Of a DNA stretch of 43,743 nt, positions 17,193-24,589 are shown piece after piece. Under the pieces are notes generated by a model. It was not told the DNA's origin. It made no database searches and worked only from the letters and a program-made list of their open reading frames with translations. Location: contig JAUVTI010000002.1 in the NCBI GenBank assembly GCA_030601605.1, positions 1 to 43,743 of the forward strand, in the 5' to 3' direction. The translations under genes were made by a program, and so were the position numbers. Position 1 is the first letter of the stretch. Each line of letters starts with the position of its first letter. This stretch comes from Gemmatimonadales bacterium (lineage in GTDB: Bacteria; Gemmatimonadota; Gemmatimonadetes; Gemmatimonadales; GWC2-71-9).

Positions 17193-19289
17193 GTGCGGGT
17201 ATATACAGGAGATGCGATCCGGAACGTGGCTGTCGTGGGCCACGGCGCGAGCGGGAAGACCAGCCTTGTAGATGCACTCGCGTTCGTGGCAGGAAGCAGC
17301 ACACGACACGGAAGGGTAGAAGACGGAACTGCGCTCACCGACTACACCCCAGACGAAATCGACCGGCAGTACTCCATCAGCCTCGCCCTCGCCCACGCTG
17401 AGTGGAACAAGGTCAAGATCAACCTCATTGACACCCCTGGTTACCTCGATTTCGTCGGGGACGCCATGGCTGGGATCTACGCCGCGGACGCGGCGTTGCT
17501 GGTGGTGAGTGCGGCGGCGGGAGTCGAGGTCGGCACCGAGAAGGTGTGGGACTTCGCCGAGCAGCGGGGAATCCCCCGGCTCTTCTTCATGTCGCTCCTG
17601 GACAAGGAGCACGCAGACTTCGAGAAGGTCTATCGGGACATCAAGGAGCACCTGACGTCCAAGGTCGTCCCCATCGAGATCCCGGTGGGTGAGGGTCCCG
17701 ACTTCCACGGGATCATCAATCTGTTCTCGAAGAAGTGCCATATGTACAAGAAGGGCACCACCAAGGGCGCATACGAGGAAGTGGACATCCCACCCGAGTA
17801 CGAGGGGCGCTTCGAGACCTACTTCCAGGAGATGATGGAGACCATCGCCACGACGAGCGACGATCTCCTGGAGCGCTACCTGGGCGGCGAGGAGATCTCT
17901 CGTGACGAGGCCATCGCCGCGATGAAGCAGGGCGTGGCCGCGGGCGAGATCTGCCCGCTGCTGTGCGGATCGGGACACCTCACCTACGGGACCCGGGCGC
18001 TGCTCACGAAGCTCGTCGAGCTGGTGCCTGCTCCGACCGAGCACCCGCCCGCGGTCGGCGAGGTGTGGGGCAATGCCGAGCCCGTCGAGCTCGAGCCGTC
18101 GGACGACACTCCGTTCGTGGCGCAGGTCTTCAAGACCGTATCGGAGCCGCACGTCGGCGACGTGACATTCTTCCGGGTCCACTCGGGCAGCGTCTCGAAC
18201 GGGACCGAAGTCTACAACGCGCCGCGCAGCTCCTCGGAGAAGCTCAACCATCTCTCGATCGCGCAGGGGAAGGACCGCAGCGAAGTGCCGATGCTGCACG
18301 TGGGCGACATCGGGGTGGTGGCGAAGCTCAAGGACACGCACACCAACGACACCCTGTCCACGCAGGGCCGGCAGGTGGTGCTACCCAAGATCCCGTTCCC
18401 GGAGCCGCTCACGGTACTCTCGGTGCAGGTCAAGCAGCGCGGCGAGGAGGACAAGCTCTCCACCGGACTGCAGAAACTCCATGAGGAGGATCCCACTTTC
18501 CAGCACGAGTACAACGCGGAGCTGTCACAGACGTTGATCAGCGGGCGGGGCGAGCGGCACCTCGAGATCATCGTGGGGCGGCTCGCGCGGAAGTTCGGAG
18601 TGCATGCCGAACTCGGAAAGCCGCGGGTCGCCTACCGCGAGACGTTCAAGAAGAAGGGCGAGGGTCAGGGCCGCCACCGGAAGCAGACCGGCGGGCGCGG
18701 GCAGTTCGGCGACTGCTGGATCCGTATCTCACCGCTGCCGCGCGGTGAGGGATACGAGTTCGACAACAAGATCAAGGGCGGTGTGATTCCCGGCAAGTAC
18801 ATCCCGGCGGTGAACAAGGGGATTCAGGAGGCCGCCGCGCGTGGAGTGATTGCGGGATTCCCGGTGGTCGACTTCAAGGCGGAGTGCTACGACGGGTCGT
18901 ATCACGACGTCGACTCGAGCGAGCAGGCGTTCAAGATGGCCGGCATCCTGGCCTTCAGGAACGTGGCGAAGAGCGCCAAGCCGATTCTGCTGGAGCCGAT
19001 CCTCGAGGTAGAAGTGTGGGCGCCCGACGAGAACCTCGGCGAGGTGATGGGCGACCTGTCATCCCGACGCGGGCAGATCCTGGGAAGCGAGCCGGACAAG
19101 CGGCTCACCAAGGTGAAGGCCTACGTGCCCGAGTCGGAGATGTACCGCTACTCGACGCAGCTTCACTCGATGACGCACGGACGTGGCACGTTCCACTGGG
19201 AGTTCTCCAGCTACCAGCCCGTGCCGCCCGAGGCGGCGGAGAAGGTGCGCGAGGAGCGCGAGAAGGAAAAGGAGGAGGAAAAGAAGTAG
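17193..19289 (+). CDS. Elongation factor G paralogue (EF-G-2-like translational GTPase) with a Glu/Lys-rich C-terminal tail
   Basis: GTG at 17193 is preceded by AAGGAGGTG. G1 motif VVGHGASGKT, G2 region TDYTPDE, G3 motif DTPGYLDF. Domain IV/V signatures GRHRKQTGGRGQFGD and YHDVDSSEQAFKMA. The tail reads EKVREEREKEKEEEKK. The upstream 168 aa of the track ORF is shadow overlapping the SDR gene. Confidence 0.85.
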   Translation: MRVYTGDAIRNVAVVGHGASGKTSLVDALAFVAGSSTRHGRVEDGTALTDYTPDEIDRQYSISLALAHAEWNKVKINLIDTPGYLDFVGDAMAGIYAADAALLVVSAAAGVEVGTEKVWDFAEQRGIPRLFFMSLLDKEHADFEKVYRDIKEHLTSKVVPIEIPVGEGPDFHGIINLFSKKCHMYKKGTTKGAYEEVDIPPEYEGRFETYFQEMMETIATTSDDLLERYLGGEEISRDEAIAAMKQGVAAGEICPLLCGSGHLTYGTRALLTKLVELVPAPTEHPPAVGEVWGNAEPVELEPSDDTPFVAQVFKTVSEPHVGDVTFFRVHSGSVSNGTEVYNAPRSSSEKLNHLSIAQGKDRSEVPMLHVGDIGVVAKLKDTHTNDTLSTQGRQVVLPKIPFPEPLTVLSVQVKQRGEEDKLSTGLQKLHEEDPTFQHEYNAELSQTLISGRGERHLEIIVGRLARKFGVHAELGKPRVAYRETFKKKGEGQGRHRKQTGGRGQFGDCWIRISPLPRGEGYEFDNKIKGGVIPGKYIPAVNKGIQEAAARGVIAGFPVVDFKAECYDGSYHDVDSSEQAFKMAGILAFRNVAKSAKPILLEPILEVEVWAPDENLGEVMGDLSSRRGQILGSEPDKRLTKVKAYVPESEMYRYSTQLHSMTHGRGTFHWEFSSYQPVPPEAAEKVREEREKEKEEEKK

Positions 19290-19322
19290 GCCGGCGCCAG
19301 GCCGGGCCGGCCTTTGGACAGC

Positions 19323-19348
19323 GGGCCTGGGGGCATCCCCCTAGGCCC
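19323..19348. terminator. GC-rich hairpin between the convergent EF-G-like and kamA genes (possible bidirectional terminator)
   Basis: GGGCCTGGGGG-CAT-CCCCCTAGGCCC (one bulged T) spans the kamA stop codon. A second hairpin, AGGCCGG...CCGGCCT followed by TT, lies at 19288-19313. Neither has a strong U-tract. Confidence 0.4.
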
Positions 19349-20531
19349 GCTTCTTCTTTGTGGTGCGCTTGCCGCCGTTGCGCGAGCGCTTGGGGCGCGC
19401 CGGCCGGCTCGCGGAGTCCAACGTCGGCAACATTCCATACTCCGGCTCGTGTACGCCCACGGCTGCCAGTGTACCTTTGCGCGGCTGAGGCCACACATAG
19501 CGCTCACCGCGGTAATTGCGCAGCACGACTTCGTCCTCGGTGATCTCCTCGACGTACTGCGGAAGCAGGGGCACCTTGCCGCCGCCGCCGGGCGCGTCGA
19601 TGGCGAAGTGGGGCACGGCGAGGCCGCTGGTCCATCCACGCAGGCCGTCAATGATCTCCAGGCCCTTCTCGACGTTGGTCTTGAAGTGCTCCACCCCCGC
19701 CACGTTGTCGCACATATAGAGGTAATAGGGCCGGACGCGAGCGGCGATGAGCTTCCGCATCAGCTCTCGCATGATCTCGACGTCGTCGTTGACGCCCTCG
19801 AGCAGCACCGTCTGACAGCCGAGCGGCACGCCGGCGTCCGCCAGCATGCCCAGCGCCTCGACCGCGGCGGGTGTGAGCTCGGCCGGGTGATTGAAGTGCG
19901 TGTTGATGTAGAGCGGGTGGTGCTTCTTGAGCACCTTGCACAGCTGGGGAGTGATCCGCTCCGGCAGTTGAGACGGGATCCGACTCCCGATCCGGATGAT
20001 CTCCAGGTGCTGGATCTTGCGGAGCCTGCCCAGGATCAGATCGAGCCGCCGGTCCGAGAGCAGCAATGGGTCGCCGCCGGAGAGGATGACGTCCTGAATC
20101 TCCTCGTGCTCCTCCAGGTAGCGGAAAGCGCTCTCCAGCTCGGACATCTTGATCTTGTCGGGATCTCCGACCTTCCTGCGTCGCGTGCAGAACCGGCAGT
20201 AGGCGGCGCACACGGGGCTGACCAGGAAGAGCGCCCGATTCGGGTAGCGGTGCGTGATGTTGGGCACCGGGCTGTCGGCCTCCTCGTTGAGGCTGTCGAG
20301 CACCCCATCCACTACCTCGAGCTCCTGCAGGTCGGGCACGCACTGCTTCCAGATCCGATCGCCGGGCTCTTCGATGAGGTCGAGCATCGCCGGTGAGATC
20401 CGCAGCTCGAAGTTGTCGATGGCCTCCTGCAGCCGTTCCGGCTCGGGGAAGTGCTCCGGTCCGAACCTGTCGACGAGCTGCTTCACGGAGCGCACGGTGC
20501 GCTCGTGGAGGAGCTTTTGCCATTCAGCCAT
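19341..20531 (-). CDS. kamA: KamA-family radical SAM/PLP amino acid 2,3-aminomutase (lysine 2,3-aminomutase-like) with a basic C-terminal tail
   Basis: ATG at 20531 gives MAEWQKLLHERTV. Radical SAM cluster CAAYCRFC; SGGDPLL; and the PLP-lysine motif IDAPGGGGK. The Asp residues in MCD and IDAPG match my memory of the lysine epsilon-amine contacts in clostridial LAM. The tail reads PKRSRNGGKRTTKKKRA. Confidence 0.85.
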   Translation of the reverse strand: MAEWQKLLHERTVRSVKQLVDRFGPEHFPEPERLQEAIDNFELRISPAMLDLIEEPGDRIWKQCVPDLQELEVVDGVLDSLNEEADSPVPNITHRYPNRALFLVSPVCAAYCRFCTRRRKVGDPDKIKMSELESAFRYLEEHEEIQDVILSGGDPLLLSDRRLDLILGRLRKIQHLEIIRIGSRIPSQLPERITPQLCKVLKKHHPLYINTHFNHPAELTPAAVEALGMLADAGVPLGCQTVLLEGVNDDVEIMRELMRKLIAARVRPYYLYMCDNVAGVEHFKTNVEKGLEIIDGLRGWTSGLAVPHFAIDAPGGGGKVPLLPQYVEEITEDEVVLRNYRGERYVWPQPRKGTLAAVGVHEPEYGMLPTLDSASRPARPKRSRNGGKRTTKKKRA

Positions 20532-21045
20532 AGGGCGCTGTCTCCGCTGTGGGAGGAGCCAATTGCTTGGCAAAGACGATCAGGTCGTCTGCCGGAGCGT
20601 AATACTCCGGGATGTGCGCGGCGCGGCCGTAGCGCAGCGCCTCGTAGAAGGCGCGCGTCGGGCCGTAGTCGGCGCGGGACGACGTCTCGACCACGACCAG
20701 GCGACCGCCGCGGTCCCGAATCGCATCCTCGGTCGCCGCCATCAGACTCTGGCCCACACCCAGCCGCTGTGCCGCCGGATCGACCACGATCCAGTACAGG
20801 TCCCACGTGTGAACGGTGCAGGGGGTGGGCCCGTAGCAGGTGTATCCCACGAGGCGGTCGTCGTCGTAGGCCCCCAGCGCGTGGTAGTCCACTCCGGGCT
20901 GAGCGACCGCGTCGTCGAACACCTCCAGCGCCACGTCCACCTCGTCCGGACGGAACACTCCGGTGGCCTCGACCATCTTGGCCACCCGGGTCCGGTCGGC
21001 GGCGCGCGGCGCGCGCAGCGTGACAGTGGAAGCGCGCGCGCTCAT
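20524..21045 (-). CDS. GNAT-family N-acetyltransferase
   Basis: ATG at 21045 gives MSARASTVTLRAP. Acetyl-CoA motif WIVVDPAAQRLGVGQSLM...FYEALRY. The start overlaps the upstream stop (ATGA at 21042-21045), and the stop overlaps the kamA start by 8 nt. Confidence 0.75.
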   Translation of the reverse strand: MSARASTVTLRAPRAADRTRVAKMVEATGVFRPDEVDVALEVFDDAVAQPGVDYHALGAYDDDRLVGYTCYGPTPCTVHTWDLYWIVVDPAAQRLGVGQSLMAATEDAIRDRGGRLVVVETSSRADYGPTRAFYEALRYGRAAHIPEYYAPADDLIVFAKQLAPPTAETAPYG

Positions 21046-22055
21046 GCGACCTGATCCCCTGCGCTCCCAGCCATGACCGGGCTGGCCGGCGGCTCCTCTG
21101 CCTCGGCGAGCGCCACTTCCACGATGCGCGACACCAGCTGCTCGTATGACCATCCATACGCGCGGGACATGTTCACCAGACCCGCGTCGCTCGTGATGTC
21201 GGGACTCGGATTGACCTCGAGGATCCAGGGCCGGCCCTGGGCGTCCACCCGCAGGTCCACGCGTCCGTAGCCGCAACCCTCCACGGCCCTCCACGCCGCC
21301 CGGGACACCTCCACGATGCGCTTGGCCAGCGGCTGATCGACCTGGGCGGGGCACACCGGCTGCGTGCCGGAGTACTCCGGGCTCTCTGGGGTCCATTTGG
21401 CGTCGAACGACACGATGCGCCACGCGTCCTTGGGCATGCGCCCGAAATCGATCTCGGAGAGCGGCAGCACAGTATCGCCCACGAACGCCACGGCGATCTC
21501 GCGGCCCGCGATGTACTGCTGCACGATGACGCTGCCGTAGTCATCGGCGTGACACGCCACCCGCTCCACCAATTGCTCCCGAGTCGTGACGATCGACGAC
21601 TGCTCGATGCCGACGCTCGCGTCCTCCTCGGCCGGTTTCACGATGGCCGGCAGCGGAAAGTCCTCCGGCACCGGCTCGTGGTCCGGAACGTGCCAACGTG
21701 GAATCGGGAGGCCCGCCGCCTGCAGCACGGCATTGAGCAGCGGCTTGCGATGGCAGACGGTCATCATCCATGCCGACCCGCCCGTGTACGGTATCCCGGC
21801 CAACTCTACGGCCGACGCGACCTTGTACTCCCACTGGCTGGTGCCGCCGACTCCCTCGCACAGGTTGAACACGAGGTCCACGCCGCTGCGGATGCGGTCG
21901 AACCACTCGAGGTTCCTGTGCACCGGCACTTTCGCGACCTCGTGACCGGCGGCCTGCAAGGCGGCGCTGACCTCGCGCACCGGCTCGAGAACCGACTGGA
22001 CGTCCTCGGGACTCCAGTCGTCCGCTCCGCCGTCGTACAGCACGACGATTCTCAC
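21042..22055 (-). CDS. ATP-grasp ligase, D-alanine--D-alanine ligase family (paralogue B)
   Basis: GTG at 22055 overlaps the upstream stop (GTGA). Sequence VRIVVLYDGG...DLVFNLCEGVGG...AIVKPAEEDASVGI...VIVQQYIAGREIAV...GYGRVDLRVDAQGRPWILEVNPSPDI has the Ddl-type ATP-grasp layout. Confidence 0.8.
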   Translation of the reverse strand: MRIVVLYDGGADDWSPEDVQSVLEPVREVSAALQAAGHEVAKVPVHRNLEWFDRIRSGVDLVFNLCEGVGGTSQWEYKVASAVELAGIPYTGGSAWMMTVCHRKPLLNAVLQAAGLPIPRWHVPDHEPVPEDFPLPAIVKPAEEDASVGIEQSSIVTTREQLVERVACHADDYGSVIVQQYIAGREIAVAFVGDTVLPLSEIDFGRMPKDAWRIVSFDAKWTPESPEYSGTQPVCPAQVDQPLAKRIVEVSRAAWRAVEGCGYGRVDLRVDAQGRPWILEVNPSPDITSDAGLVNMSRAYGWSYEQLVSRIVEVALAEAEEPPASPVMAGSAGDQVA

Positions 22056-23113
22056 TGGAGCTCGCTCCCCGTGGCGCGCCGCCACGCGATGCGGGTTACG
22101 CCCTGAATCAGCTCGTCGTAGCTCATCCCGAGCGCGCTGGCTGCCATGGGGAGGCAGCTGTGCGCCCCCGGATCGGGCATGATACCGGGTAGGGGATTCA
22201 CCTCCAGCACTTGTGGCTTGCCGTCGGCGTCGAGGCGGAGATCGACCCGCGCCCAGTCGCGGCACCCCAGAGCGCGATACGCGCCGAGCGCGGCATCGCG
22301 CAGGGCCGCCGCCAGCTCCTCGGAGATCCGTGCCGGACACTCGAGGATGTCGAACTCGGTGTCGGGCTGGTCCCACAGCCACTTTGCCTCGTACCCCATG
22401 ATGGGGAGCGATCCTTCCGGCAGCGTGTGGAACTTGTAGCGGATGAGCGGCAGCGTGGCCGCCTCCTTGCCGTGGCCGAGCACCGCGGCGGTGAACTCGT
22501 CGCCCGGGAGGAACGACTCGGCCAGGACTGGCTGGCGGTACGTCGCGAGCAAATGCCGGGCCCGCTCCTGCGCCTCGGCAGGCGACGTCACGTGGCTCGC
22601 TTCCGCTATTCCTTTAGAGGAGCCCTCCCAGATCGGCTTCAGGAACAGCGGATACGTGGTCGCGCCGTTCAGTCGCTCCAGGTCTGCGTCCGACTCCACC
22701 AGCACCGCAGGCGCGGTGGGCACGCCACGCTGGACGAAGACCTCCTTGGCGCGGCCCTTGTGGAGCGCGAGCGCCAGCGAGAGCGGGTCGCTGCCGAGGT
22801 AGGGAACTTCGAGAAACTCCGCGATGGCCGGCACGTGCGATTCGCGATTCGGCCCGCTCATGCCCTCGGCCATGTTGAAGAGGAAATCGACTTTCGCGTC
22901 GCGCAGGCGGGTCGGGAAGTCGTCGATGGCCTCGAGGTAGACGACGTCTCCGAAGACACGCAGGGCTTTCCCCACCGCCTCGATCGTTTCCGGATCGTCC
23001 CACTCGACGTATTCGTCGATTGGTGCGGACGGCTCGGGGGAGGTTCGACCACCGGCACCACCACTCCACGTGGCGTCGCTTGGCCGTTGATTGTACGCGA
23101 GCCCTATGCGCAT
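22052..23113 (-). CDS. ATP-grasp ligase, D-alanine--D-alanine ligase family (paralogue A)
   Basis: ATG at 23113 is preceded by GGAG. Sequence MRIGLAYNQRPS...DFLFNMAEGMSGPNRE...LFLKPIWEGSSKGI...ESFLPGDEFTAAV...DWARVDLRLDADGKPQVLEVNPLPGI is clearly paralogous to the next gene. Confidence 0.8.
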   Translation of the reverse strand: MRIGLAYNQRPSDATWSGGAGGRTSPEPSAPIDEYVEWDDPETIEAVGKALRVFGDVVYLEAIDDFPTRLRDAKVDFLFNMAEGMSGPNRESHVPAIAEFLEVPYLGSDPLSLALALHKGRAKEVFVQRGVPTAPAVLVESDADLERLNGATTYPLFLKPIWEGSSKGIAEASHVTSPAEAQERARHLLATYRQPVLAESFLPGDEFTAAVLGHGKEAATLPLIRYKFHTLPEGSLPIMGYEAKWLWDQPDTEFDILECPARISEELAAALRDAALGAYRALGCRDWARVDLRLDADGKPQVLEVNPLPGIMPDPGAHSCLPMAASALGMSYDELIQGVTRIAWRRATGSELQ

Positions 23114-23144
23114 TGAACTCCGAACGAACTCGTTGTTGGACAAC

Positions 23145-23173
23145 ACGATACGAAATGCCGTTGAGATATGCAA
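23145..23173 (-). promoter_or_regulatory. Candidate sigma70-type promoter of the ATP-grasp/GNAT/kamA operon, with an A-rich upstream (UP-like) tract
   Basis: The minus strand reads TTGCAT (23173-23168), a 17-nt spacer, then TATCGT (23150-23145). It is preceded by GAAAAAAGTGAAAAAAGAG and sits about 32 nt upstream of the ATG at 23113. This is the only AT-rich patch I noticed in the window. Confidence 0.3.
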
Positions 23174-23275
23174 TACTCTTTTTTCACTTTTTTCGAACTT
23201 GGGGAGTTCGGCACGACACGATGTGTCGCGGGTCACACGCGTGAGAGTGTCGCGAGCGGTCGGGCGCGCGATTTT

Positions 23276-23776
23276 TTACTCGGTAGCGTCCTCACGGCGG
23301 TGGTAGAGCCGAAAGCTGAATCCGTAGTGGTGGCGCTCGTCGGATTCGTGGCGCACGTCCTCGGCCAGCTGCCACTCCTCCAGGTCGAACTCCGGGAAGT
23401 GGGTGTCGCCCTCCACCGCGGTGTGGACCACGGTCAGGTAGATGCGGTCGGCTCGAGGCAGGGCGAGGCGGTAGATCTCGGCGCCGCCGGCCACGAAGAC
23501 CTCGTCCTCTCCCGCAGCGAGGCCGAGCGCGTCGTCGAGGCTCGACACGACCTCGGCGCCGTCGTACGTGAGGCCCGGATCGCGGCTGATGACGACGTTG
23601 CGGCGCTCCACGAGCGGCCGGCCCATCGAGTCATAGGTCTTCCGCCCCATGATCACCGTGTGGCCGATCGTGAGCTCCTTGAAGTGCTTCATGTCGGAGG
23701 GCAGACGCCAGGGCAGGGCGTCGTCGCGCCCGATCACGCGGTTCTCCGCCATGGCGGCGATGAGGGAGACGATCAA
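23276..23776 (-). CDS. folA: Dihydrofolate reductase
   Basis: [49 protein letters not shown] aligns with the E. coli FolA N-terminus. The start is TTG at 23776, overlapping the thyA stop (TTGA). Confidence 0.9.
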   Translation of the reverse strand: MIVSLIAAMAENRVIGRDDALPWRLPSDMKHFKELTIGHTVIMGRKTYDSMGRPLVERRNVVISRDPGLTYDGAEVVSSLDDALGLAAGEDEVFVAGGAEIYRLALPRADRIYLTVVHTAVEGDTHFPEFDLEEWQLAEDVRHESDERHHYGFSFRLYHRREDATE

Positions 23777-24567
23777 ACCGCGACCTTTCCGGGGATGTGG
23801 GGGTGGGGGTCGTAACCCTCGAGCGTGAAGTCCTCGTATGCGAAGCCGAACAGCGAGGACACGTCGGGGTTGAGACGCAGGCTTGGCAGGGCGCGCGGCT
23901 CCCTGCTCAACTGGAGCCTGGCCTGCTCCAGATGGTTGCTGTAGAGGTGTGCGTCACCGAAGGTGTGGACGAACTCACCGAGTCCCAGGCCGGTGACTTG
24001 GGCCACCATCATGGTGAGCAGCGAGTAGGAGGCGATGTTGAAGGGCACGCCGAGGAAGGTGTCAGCGCTTCGCTGGTAGAGCTGGCACGAGAGCCTCCCG
24101 TCAGCCACGTAGAACTGGAACAGGACGTGACATGGGGGCAGGGCCATGCGCGACAACTCACCGACGTTCCAGGCGCACACCATCATGCGACGGGAGTCGG
24201 GATCGTCGCGGATCAAGTCCACGAGACGGCTGATCTGGTCCACCTGTCCCCCGTCCGGCGTCGGCCAGGAGCGCCACTGGGCTCCGTAGATCGGCCCGAG
24301 GTTGCCGTCCTCATCGGCCCACTCGTCCCAGATCCTCACTCCGTGTTCGTTGAGGTATCGAACGTTGGTGTCGCCCTTCAGGAACCACAGTAGCTCGTAG
24401 GCGATCGACTTGAGGTGCAGCTTCTTCGTCGTGAGCAGCGGGAAGCCGGCATTCAGGTCGAACCGCATCTGGTAGCCGAACACGCTGAGCGTGCCGGTGC
24501 CGGTACGGTCCCGCTTCCGGGCGCCGTTGTCGAGGATGTGCTGCAGGAGGTCGAGATACTCTCGCAT
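23773..24567 (-). CDS. thyA: Thymidylate synthase (ThyA type)
   Basis: [38 protein letters not shown], catalytic Cys in [29 protein letters not shown], and a 264-aa length typical of ThyA. Confidence 0.95.
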   Translation of the reverse strand: MREYLDLLQHILDNGARKRDRTGTGTLSVFGYQMRFDLNAGFPLLTTKKLHLKSIAYELLWFLKGDTNVRYLNEHGVRIWDEWADEDGNLGPIYGAQWRSWPTPDGGQVDQISRLVDLIRDDPDSRRMMVCAWNVGELSRMALPPCHVLFQFYVADGRLSCQLYQRSADTFLGVPFNIASYSLLTMMVAQVTGLGLGEFVHTFGDAHLYSNHLEQARLQLSREPRALPSLRLNPDVSSLFGFAYEDFTLEGYDPHPHIPGKVAV

Positions 24568-24589
24568 TTTGCCAGTGGCGTCCTCTTAT

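Noticed and set aside
17193-20531. EF-G paralogue plus KamA-like enzyme as an EF-P/EpmB-style translation-factor beta-lysylation system
   Set aside because: The genes are convergent, not co-transcribed. No EpmA-like (LysRS-paralogue) ligase is present. The aminomutase is instead tightly coupled to ATP-grasp and GNAT genes. I keep it only as a remote alternative.
19341-21045. Simple annotation of the GNAT + aminomutase pair as AblB/AblA (N-epsilon-acetyl-beta-lysine synthesis)
   Set aside because: The gene order is reversed relative to ablA-ablB. The GNAT is much shorter than I remember AblB being. Two additional ligase genes are translationally coupled, so the operon is unlikely to be a plain abl locus.
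23194-23210. Hairpin CGAACT-TGGGG-AGTTCG next to T6 tracts, considered as an intrinsic terminator for folA
   Set aside because: On the minus strand (the direction of folA transcription) the stem is followed by an A-tract, not a U-tract. On the plus strand the T-tract precedes the stem. It fits a terminator in neither orientation, and the stem is only 6 bp.
21046-23236. N-terminal extensions of track ORFs 20524..21423, 21042..22382 and 22052..23236
   Set aside because: In each case homology to GNAT or ATP-grasp begins at an internal start that forms a 4-nt overlap with the preceding stop. The extensions are Arg/Gly/Pro-rich and overlap the real upstream gene out of frame.
23114-23275. Possible lysine (L-box) riboswitch upstream of the aminomutase operon
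   Set aside because: I could not recognise the conserved multi-helix L-box core. If the predicted promoter is right, the leader is only about 30 nt, far too short. A covariance-model search (Rfam RF00168) would settle it.
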